Both the position numbers and the translations under genes were made by a program. The notes beneath the pieces were generated by a model that did not search any database, was not told where the DNA came from, and worked only from the letters and a program-made list of their open reading frames with translations. DNA of 64,000 nt, taken from positions 51,894,001-51,958,000 of the forward strand of contig NC_043007.1 of assembly GCF_006345805.1 (NCBI RefSeq), given 5' to 3'. The DNA is from Octopus sinensis. Taxonomy: Eukaryota. Below are positions 12,739 through 21,646 of this stretch, in pieces. Every line of letters begins with the position of its first letter. Position 1 is the first letter of the stretch.

Positions 12739-12832
12739 CAGGGGTTGGATAAAATAATGGAAACCCCTAATCCATATTAAAGTAAATTTGTTTGAAATGT
12801 TAAAGTGCTTCCATTATTTTGTCCAACCCCTG
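12739..12832. mobile_element. 94-bp Tc1/mariner-type MITE
   Basis: TIRs CAGGGGTTGGATAAAATAATGGAA / TTCCATTATTTTGTCCAACCCCTG (1 mismatch in 24), TA on both flanks. Confidence 0.88.
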
Positions 12833-12872
12833 TATATAGATGTATATATGCATATACATGTATATATACATC

Positions 12873-12958
<86 letters not shown>

Positions 12959-12959
<1 letters not shown>

Positions 12960-13581
12960 ATACTTGGTGAAATTGATTAATTAATTAATTAATTTTACCC
13001 TCAATTGTTGAAATTATAATTAATCTCTCTCCACTTAATGTCTCGGATTTTACCGAAAAAAACATAGTGTTTGCTGATTTTAACCCACGCTGGTGGAAAG
13101 GGGAGAGCAGAAATTTTTCGCTTGCATATTTGAGTTTGTTGGCACTGTTAGTTTGGAACAGATCTTCAGAAGCGATAACAAGCCGAAAGGGTATGCTCCC
13201 ATTTTCAGTGTTTTCAGATTCAAACAAGGGCATTCTGAGCTGATGAGAGAAGGGTCGATTTTGACTAATCTTGAAACGTACGTACTCAAATAACCTTTGC
13301 ATTTGATTTTTTAATGTCTCTACCCCCATACTTCCTTGAGTTGAATTGAGCAAACACTATATGAGAGAGGTTTTCTTTAAGTGTTAGAAATAGTTTTATA
13401 AAAAGTTTTTTTAGCTGCTATTTCTAACGAGTTCAGTATGCGGCAAAGTAATTTATTTTACTAAGCCCTTTTATATAATGTAATAATTTGAATTCGCCTT
13501 AAATGGTCCCTTTGCATACTGAATACTTGGTGAAATTGATTAATTAATTAATTAATTTTACCCTCAATTGTTGAAATTATA
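12959..13581 (+). mobile_element. 563-bp hammerhead-containing unit with a 60-bp terminal direct repeat, between (TA)n tracts (retrozyme-like)
   Basis: 12959-13018 is identical to 13522-13581; internal HHR at 13236-13288. Confidence 0.7.
13236..13288 (+). ncRNA. Type I hammerhead ribozyme
   Basis: Stem I TGAG/CTCA; core CTGATGA; stem II GAGA-ag-GGTC-gatttt-GACT-aa-TCTT; GAAA; palindromic stem III ACGTACGT; GUA cleavage predicted after 13284. Confidence 0.85.
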
Positions 13582-13670
13582 TATATATATATATATATAT
13601 ACATATATTTACATACATACATATATATATATATGTATATATATGCATATATATATACATATATATATAT

Positions 13671-13864
13671 ATCTATACAATATGTTACATTACTCGGTAG
13701 TCAAGATAAAACTCTGAGTTTCAGATGCCGAAGTGGAAATCCACAACACCATCTCTTCGGTTATAGCCAGATAACCGAAGAGATGGTGTTGTGGATTTCC
13801 ACTTCGGCATCTGAAACTCAGAGTTTTATCTTGACTAGCGAGTAATGTAACATATTGTATAGAT
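13671..13864. repeat. Near-perfect hairpin (94-bp arms, 6-nt loop), probable inverted Penelope-type terminus
   Basis: 13671-13764 is the reverse complement of 13771-13864 with one mismatch; the right arm continues unpaired to ~13930. Confidence 0.9.
13769..13831 (+). ncRNA. Hammerhead-like motif, variant core
   Basis: Stem I AGATAA/TTATCT; core CCGAAGA (U4>C); stem II GATG...GTGGA-tt-TCCAC...CATC; GAAA; stem III ACTC-a-GAGT; position 17 = U. Confidence 0.55.
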
Positions 13865-14021
13865 AAATTTCCTCTATTTACATAATATTGAGGTCTCTTT
13901 CTTTCTTTTGTTATCTTATTACCGTTTTATCATACATATATATATAGATATATATATACACATATATACGTATATATACACACAGTATATGTATATATAT
14001 ATATATGTATTTCTATATACC

Positions 14022-14064
<43 letters not shown>

Positions 14065-14709
14065 CTATATACCTATATGTATAATATATATATATATATA
14101 ATTATATTATATATATATATATGTATGTATGTATATATATAAATTATAATCCATATATACATGTATAAATATGCATAAATGTGCATATATATGTATAAAT
14201 ACAATATATATGCATATATACATATATATTTACATGTACATATAATATATATATATATTTGTATATATACACATATATATACATATGTATATATATGTAT
14301 ATATGTATATGTATATATATATCCGTATACATATACATGTATATATATGAATGTAGATATGTATATATACATATATATGTATATATATGTATATATATGT
14401 AAATATATATGTATATATATATATATACATATGTATATATATATATTTGTATATATATATATATATTAATATATATATTATATATATGTATTATATATTA
14501 CGAGAAAGAGCAACAAGAATGGATTAGTTTTATAGTACAATTGTTTCATACAAAGACAGGCTTTATTACAAGTTGCAAAAATTGTGCATCTGGTGCATCT
14601 AAGTTAAGTACCACATTCAAGTAAATTCATTGGAATTTACTTGAATCTTAATTGCTTTGTATGTATATATATATACATTTATGTATATATATGTGTGTAT
14701 ATATATATG

Positions 14710-14801
<92 letters not shown>

Positions 14802-14809
14802 GTATCTGT

Positions 14810-15008
14810 GTGTGTGTTTCTACCAACACCATCACTGGACTACCGATGTTGCTGTGTTTACGTCCCCATAACTTAGTCGTTTGCAAAACAAACCGATAGA
14901 ATTAGTACTATGCTTACGAAGAATGAATCCTGTTGTTGATTTCTTCGAGTAAAGGCGGTGCTCTGACATGGGCATAGCCACCTGACCGAAGCAATTGAAA
15001 CAATAAAA
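14810..15008 (+). mobile_element. 3' half of the main tRNA-derived SINE family, degenerate
   Basis: Similar to 58495-58660 and 61230-61400 (ACCGATGYTG..TGTTTACGTCCCC...AAAGGCGGTGCTC). Confidence 0.7.
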
Positions 15009-15014
15009 AAGTAT

Positions 15015-16930
15015 ACCTATTTTTAACCCTCTGTATTTTTTGGTTTGAGACATTTTGGACATCTGTGGAGGTCTTTATCGCGATGACTGTCTCCTTTACC
15101 TCCAAAATGTCTCAAACCAAAAAATAAAGAAGGTTAAAAATAGGTTAGTTAGGTTTTTTTGCACATCGTTTTTGAGGATGAGTTAACTAAAGCCAACTTC
15201 TTAGACATTACCCTCAATTTACAAAATAACTCATACTTCCCTTACCATAAACCCTCCACAAATCTTAAGTATATTAGCCTTTACAGCAATCATGCCAAGC
15301 CCGTTACCGATAATCTAGTCAAAAACATATCTTTGAGACTTTCTAAATTTTCTGCCAATGTTGACATCTTTAACCAAAAGGCAGGCTTTTATAACGCCGC
15401 CTTGACAAAAGCCGGCTATAAGGACAGAGTGTCATACATAGATTCAGCTCATTCTAAACCAACATCTGCTTCTCCAGATAGAATAGTTACTTGTAATAGG
15501 AATAGTAGTTTTTATTCTAGTAGTGCCAGCAACACTATGCAAAATATAAATTCTTTACAGACCAAGGGAGGTAAGCGCCGTTCAACCCCAAATTTTCAAC
15601 CCAGTAATTTTCCCCTTACTTTCACAAATAACTCAACGTACAAGTCAAAGGCCACTAAGAACTGTATCTGGTTCGTAATACCTTTCGGTAAACAAATTAA
15701 ATCGAGCCTTCCCTTACAGTTCCGTGAACCCGTCGCTAGGAACTTTCCCAGAAATTCTAGATATTATTCTATTATCAATTCCCACATAGTCAGAATCGCT
15801 TTCTCTAACACTAGAAATCTTTCACAAATTATATCTTCTCACAATACCAAGCTGATAAATAGAGATTCTTCACCCGGGAATTCCAAAATAAATCTTACTA
15901 ATTCCAACCCACCATACAGTCATACTAATAGGAATAGTATTAATGGTAATAGCAATGGTAGTAGCGATAGTGTTAACAATGATAATATTAATAATAGTAT
16001 CAGTCGTGTTAATAACAATGGTAATGTTGATAGTGATAACAATAACGGAGAAATTACTGATTGTATTACCATTAATAATACTAACAATAATACTAATAGT
16101 GTAGTTGCTAACGCTAATAATAATAGTAACAACAATCATAGCAATAAAAACTTAGTTTCGATCTCGGAGGACAACCCCAACAGAATTAATTTTTTGTCTA
16201 GTAATTCTAAGATCGAGAATTCTATTTACCAGTATAGAATCTCCTCTGGTAACGATGTCTTCTTCTATATAGGAGCGCCTCTTCCCAGTTATCCAAGAGA
16301 ATTTCAAACCATTATTCAACATTCAGGGATATTAAAAAACGATATAGTACAGGGCTAAGTAAATTAGTTTGGCGTCTTAAAGACAATAATATAGATTTCA
16401 AGTTAGATTGGTTCATACTGTCTGTATCCTTTCCTTTTGATAAGGGCAGGAGATTTTGTAACATTTGCAACTCTGAGCTCTTCCATATCCTCTTCTCTAA
16501 GGTTCCCGTTGTAAACACACTCATAGAGAAATCCTATAAATGTAAGCACTGGCAAAAACATACTTTTTACTCTTACAAATGAATACGATAGGCATCGTGC
16601 TTTGAACAATTAGCTTAACATACACTCCACTTCAATAGTGAAATTTTTTCCTAAGCCTTTGAACATTCTTAATCAACATACCCTTCCCTTTCCACTGGTT
16701 CCCTACCTATCATTCTCTTCCTACTATCTAATTTTGACGTCAAATCTTCTAACGGGTTTTTAAAAAAATCACTTATTGTCGTTTTGTTTACCATGTAGAC
16801 AGTCATCGAAATGTTTGTTTGTCTTGTTGCCGAGAGAGGCTCCCTTTCTTTCCTGATGAGAAGATTGCATCATACACCCTTTATTCCTTTGGAATGAAAC
16901 CATGTGGTCTTCGAAACATATGTCGAGAGT
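15015..16930 (+). mobile_element. 5'-truncated Penelope-like element (Naiad-like), RT to GIY-YIG, with a 3' hammerhead
   Basis: GLYRDD at ~15070; ORF 15159-16358 with NFLDITLNL..PYHKP, SLRLS, YNAAL..AGY; GIY-YIG IYQY..YIG, continued after a frameshift near 16275 by KRISNH...STGLSKLVW.LK...CNICNSE to TGA at 16582. Colinear with 29668-31743. Confidence 0.88.
16848..16929 (+). ncRNA. Type I hammerhead ribozyme
   Basis: Stem I CTTTC/GAGAG; CTGATGA; stem II GAAGATTGCAT/ATGTGGTCTTC (with G-U pairs) plus an internal ATTCC-ttt-GGAAT hairpin; GAAA; palindromic stem III ACATATGT; GUC cleavage after 16924. Confidence 0.88.
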
Positions 16931-17140
16931 AAAGAAATTTTGTTAACATCTTCGTTCGACTCCATTCTTTCATTTATTCATATATAACACAAAAATTTCT
17001 GCAAATGAACCCGCAGTTTCTACCCTTGGACTGGTCGCTTCAACCGTGTTTCTGACGTGAATTTGCTACCCTGGTATCGGTTCAACGAATTTTCCATGCT
17101 GACGATAAACATAGGATAATTCATTCACCTATCGAATATA

Positions 17141-17216
<76 letters not shown>

Positions 17217-17296
17217 TTCAATATGTGACCTCGTGAGTACCGCTGGCGATTTTTTTTTCCTCTGTCTTCCCTTCTCGGGATCTTTCCTTCTCCTAT

Positions 17297-17331
17297 GTTT
17301 CCGACGAAGAGCTCCGCTCGAAACGTTAAAC
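17297..17331 (+). ncRNA. Minimal hammerhead-like motif, variant core, in a probable Penelope pseudo-LTR fragment (~17215-17440)
   Basis: Stem I GTTT/AAAC; CCGACGA+A; stem II GAGC-tcc-GCTC; GAAA; stem III palindrome ACGT; position 17 = U. Confidence 0.55.
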
Positions 17332-17447
17332 CCTCCTTCCCTTTTTTCCTGAGCGTCCAATAATACTTTATTTGTTCCACGTCCTCACGTTGTTGTTTTT
17401 TTTTGTTTGTTTGTGTTTTCTTGTTTGGATTAACTTTATATATATAT

Positions 17448-17499
<52 letters not shown>

Positions 17500-17599
17500 T
17501 ATATAATAGAATGTATATATATATATATGTATATATATATATAATATAGTATATATGTAATATTCTATATATATATATATATATTATATATATATATAC

Positions 17600-18349
17600 T
17601 CTATATATAAACGGCAGTTTGTCTGTGTGTGTTTCTGTGTGTCTGTTTGCTTGTACCCTCACCCTGACCACGGCTTTCAACTGATTCTGATGAAACTTGA
17701 CACACACATAGCCCAATGTCATAATTCAAAACTAACGCAGCGAAAATTTTGAAAAGTTCCCCCAGTTCTGAAAAAAATCGATAAATTCGACATGGGGTCG
17801 AGAATCAGAAACACAAACCACAGACTGTCTAGGGGACGCACATCGACCTTTTAACTAAAAAAAAAAATTTACCATCATTTTTTCCACTTTGGCTATAACT
17901 ATCTAAAACATGCTTTATAGTTATTTCCCTTACAAACCCGAGCAACGCCGGGCGATACTGCTAGTATATATATAAAACGGCAGTTTGTCTGTGTGTGTTT
18001 CTGTGTGTCTGTTTGGTGTACCCTCACCCTGACCCACTGCTTTCAACCGATTCTGATGAAACTTGACACACACATAGCCCAATGTCATAATTCAAACAAC
18101 GCAGCGAAATTTAAAAAAGTTTCACAGTTCTGAAAGAAATCGATAAAATCGAACATCGGGGTCGAGAATCATAAAAAACAAACAAACACAGACTGTCTGG
18201 GACGGGACAAACTCGACCATTTTTAACTCTCAAAAAAATTTACCATAATTTTTTTACCATTTTTTTTGCTATTTTTTGGCTATGACTCTCTAAAAATGCT
18301 TTATGTTATTCCCTTACAAAGCTGAGCAACGCCGGGCGATACTGGCTAG
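17600..18349 (+). mobile_element. Two tandem copies of a non-autonomous Helitron-like element
   Basis: Copies 17600-17964 and 17965-18349. Start TCTATATATAAA; 3' subterminal hairpin CCCG-agcaacgc-CGGG followed by CTAG|T. Confidence 0.75.
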
Positions 18350-18395
18350 TATATATATAATATATATATAGATATATTATATATATATTATATAT

Positions 18396-18822
18396 AGGCG
18401 CCAACGCGGCTGTAGGCGCAGACGTGGCTATAGGCGCAGGCGTGCTGTGTGGTAAGAAGCTTGCTTACCAAGCACATGGTTCCGTCTTCAGTCCCATTGT
18501 GTAGCACCTTGGGCAAGTGTATTCTGTTATAGCCTCAGGCCGACTAAAGCATTGAGAATGGATTTGGTAGGCGGAAAACGACAGAAGCTCCTCGAATATA
18601 TGTATATATTTATGCGTGTGAGTTTGTGGCTGTGCTTGTTCCCCACCATGACTTGACAACCGATGTTGGTGTGTTTACGTCCTGTAACTTAGCTGTTCGG
18701 CAAAAAAAGCCCGATAGAATAAGCATCGGGCTTACAAAGAATAAGTTGAAGGGTCGATTTCTTCGGCTAAAAGATGGTGCTCCAGCATGGCCGCAGTCAA
18801 ATGACTGAAACAAGTAAAAGAA
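18396..18822 (+). mobile_element. tRNA-derived SINE, main family
   Basis: A-box-like (G)CTGTGTGGTAAG, degenerate B-box, CTTGGGCAAGT core, internal TA/TG microsatellite, 3' GACTGAAACAAGTAAAAGA; homologous to 58255 and 60981. Confidence 0.85.
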
Positions 18823-18844
18823 TATATGTATGTAAGTATATATG

Positions 18845-18876
<32 letters not shown>

Positions 18877-18877
18877 T

Positions 18878-19101
18878 GTTTCTTAACTATCCACAAGGGG
18901 CTAAACATAGAGGGAACAAACAAGGACAGACAAACGGATTAAGTCGATACATCGGCCCCATTGCGTACTGGTAACTTAATTATCGACCCCGAAAGGCTGA
19001 AAGGCAAAGTCGACCTCGGCGGAATTTGAACTCAGAACGTAGCGACGGGCGAAATACCGGAAGCACTTCGCCCGGCGTGCTAACGTCTCTGCAGCTCGCC
19101 G

Positions 19102-19103
<2 letters not shown>
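18878..19103 (-). mobile_element. tRNA-derived SINE, second family (central domain resembles MetaSINE type)
   Basis: Minus strand GAGTTCAAATTCC B-box followed by GCCTTTCA.CCTTTCGGGGTCGATAA; homologous to 37393-37622. The superfamily label is from memory. Confidence 0.75.
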
Positions 19104-19166
<63 letters not shown>

Positions 19167-19233
19167 ATATATTATATAATATATATAATAATATATATTA
19201 TATAATATATATATATATATAATATATATATAG

Positions 19234-19288
<55 letters not shown>

Positions 19289-19293
19289 TATAG

Positions 19294-19374
<81 letters not shown>

Positions 19375-19427
19375 TATATACATATATATAGATATATATA
19401 TATATATATATACAGATATATATATAG

Positions 19428-19478
<51 letters not shown>

Positions 19479-19481
19479 TAT

Positions 19482-19510
<29 letters not shown>
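19104..19510. repeat. Long imperfect (TA)n microsatellite
   Basis: Direct reading. Confidence 0.97.
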
Positions 19511-19512
<2 letters not shown>

Positions 19513-19649
19513 GAGGGCATAATTATACATAACATGCAGGAGGCTTATATATACATGCCAAACGCTAAGAGGGACAATCAGTCATTTCTACCAAAAATAT
19601 TACTAATCCCACCGAATGCAATTTTTCAAAGTAAGACATTTAAAAATAT

Positions 19650-19697
19650 AGGCCTGTATCACAGTGATTTCATACTTACGTAATCATCAGCAGGCCT
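19650..19697 (-). ncRNA. Type I hammerhead ribozyme (array, inverted copy)
   Basis: Exact reverse complement of the forward motif. Confidence 0.8.
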
Positions 19698-20173
19698 GAA
19701 TGTATTATAAAACAAAACGACCCTGCTCGCTTAAGCCGAACAGCTGACTGATCAACATCAACGAAGCACAGGTGAGTTTATATAATTACATCCGGGTGAA
19801 TGGGCAGATTTACAAAATGCATTTCGGGAGAGGAGAAGTTTTTTCGGAATAAAATTTTGCAATTAGGACAACTACTTAATAAGGAAAATAACAAGAAATG
19901 TCAGGTAGATAGCGTAAAACCTCATAAAAGAAAAAATTCGAAATAATTATTTCTTATGAACATATTAATTTTTATATAGAGGGCATAATTATACATACAT
20001 GCCAGGAGGCATTATATATACATGCCAAACGCTAAGAGGGACAATCAGTCATTTCTACCAAAATATTACATAATCCGGATGTAATATATATAAACTCACC
20101 CATGTGCTTCGTTGATGTTCATCAGTTAGCTGTTCGGCTTAAGCGAGGCAGGGTCGTTGTTTATTATACATTC

Positions 20174-20221
20174 AGGCCTGCTGATGATTACGTAAGTATG
20201 AAATCACTGTGATACAGGCCT
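20174..20221 (+). ncRNA. Type I hammerhead ribozyme (array copy 1)
   Basis: AGGCCTG-CTGATGA-T-TAC-gtaa-GTA-T-GAAA-TCAC-t-GTGA-TA-CAGGCCT: 7-bp stem I, GNRA-capped stem II, stem III with a 1-nt loop, AUA cleavage after 20214. Confidence 0.8.
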
Positions 20222-20645
20222 ATATTTTTAAATGTCTTACTTTGAAAAATTGCATTCGTGGATTAGTATATTTTGGTTAGAAATGACTGATTGTCCTCTT
20301 AGCGTTTGGCATGTATAAAAATGCCTCCTGGCATGTATGTATAATTATGCCCTCTATATTAAATTAATATGTTCAATAAGAAATAATTATTTTCGAAATT
20401 TTTTCTCTTATGAGGTTTTTACGCTATCTACCTGACAATTTCTTGTTAAGTTTTCCTTATTAAGTAGTTGTCCTAATTGCAAAATTTTTATTCCGAAAAA
20501 CTTCTCCTCTCCCGAATGCAATTTTGTAAAAGTCTGCCATTCACCCGGATGTATATATATAAACTCACCCATGTGCTTCGTTGATGTTGATCAGTTAGCT
20601 GTTCGGCTTAAGCGAGGCAGGGTCGTTGTTTATTTATAATACATC

Positions 20646-20693
20646 AGGCCTGCTGATGATTACGTAAGTATGAAATCACTGTGATACAGGCCT
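20646..20693 (+). ncRNA. Type I hammerhead ribozyme (array copy 2)
   Basis: Identical motif; cleavage predicted after 20686. Confidence 0.8.
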
Positions 20694-21128
20694 ATATTTT
20701 TAAATGTCTTACTTTGAAAAATTGCATTCGGTGGGATTAGTAATATTTTTGGAGAAAAGGAAATGACTGATTGTCCCTCTAGCGTTTGGCATGTATATAA
20801 AATGCCTCCTGGCATGTTGTATACTAATATGCCCTCTATATATAAATTAATATGTTCAATAAGAAATAATTATTTTCGAAATTTTTTCTCTTATGAGATT
20901 TTTACGCTATCTACTGACAATTTCCTGTTAAGTTTTCCTTATTAAGTAGTTGTCCTAATTGCAAAATTTTTATTCCGAAAAACTTCTCCTCTCCCGAAAT
21001 GCAATTTTGTAAAAGTCTGCCATTCACCCGGATGTAATATATATAAACTCACCATGTGCTTCGTTGATGTTGATCAGTTAGCTGTTCGGCTTAGCGAGGC
21101 AGGGTCGTTGTTTATTTATAATACATTC

Positions 21129-21176
21129 AGGCCTGCTGATGATTACGTAAGTATGAAATCACTGTGATACAGGCCT
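21129..21176 (+). ncRNA. Type I hammerhead ribozyme (array copy 3)
   Basis: Identical motif; cleavage predicted after 21169. Confidence 0.8.
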
Positions 21177-21608
21177 ATATTTTTAAATGTCTTACTTTGA
21201 AAAATTGCATTCGGTGGGATTAAGTAATATTTTTGGTAGAAATGACTGATTGTCCCTCTAGCGTTTGGCATGTATATATAATGCCTCCTGGCATGTATGT
21301 ATAATTATGCCCTCTATATATAAATTAATATGTTCAATAAGAAATAATTATTTTCGAAATTTTTTCTCTTATGAGGTTTTTACGCTATCTACCTGACAAT
21401 TTCTTGTTAAGTTTTCCTTATTAAGTAGTTGTCCTTAATTGCAAAATTTTTATTCCGAAAAACTTCTCCTCTCCCGAAATGCATTTTGTAAAAGTCTGCC
21501 ATTCACCGGATGTATATATATAACTCACCACCATGTGCTTCGTTGATGTTGATCAGTTAGCTGTTCGGCTTAAGCGAGGCAGGGTCGTTGTTTATTTATA
21601 ATACATTC

Positions 21609-21646
21609 AGGCCCGCTGATGATTACGTAAGTATGAAATCACTGTG
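21609..21646 (+). ncRNA. Truncated hammerhead (array copy 4), ending 3 nt before the cleavage site
   Basis: ...GAAATCACTGTG is followed by TG/TA-rich flank instead of ATACAGGCC. Confidence 0.7.

Larger units (their letters stand above)
19508..21646. repeat. ~480-bp tandem array with one hammerhead per unit: ~1.2 inverted units (19508-20073) then ~3.3 forward units (20077-21646)
   Basis: HHR starts at 20174, 20646, 21129, 21609 (spacing 472/483/480); minus-strand copy at 19650-19697. Confidence 0.93.

Noticed and set aside
12985-13353. 122-aa minus-strand ORF inside the 563-bp unit
   Set aside because: Non-ATG start, no recognisable motif, and antisense to the ribozyme; probably chance.
17687-17760. 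CTGATGA...GAAA in the Helitron-like repeat
   Set aside because: No stem II closing pairs and no stem I or III.
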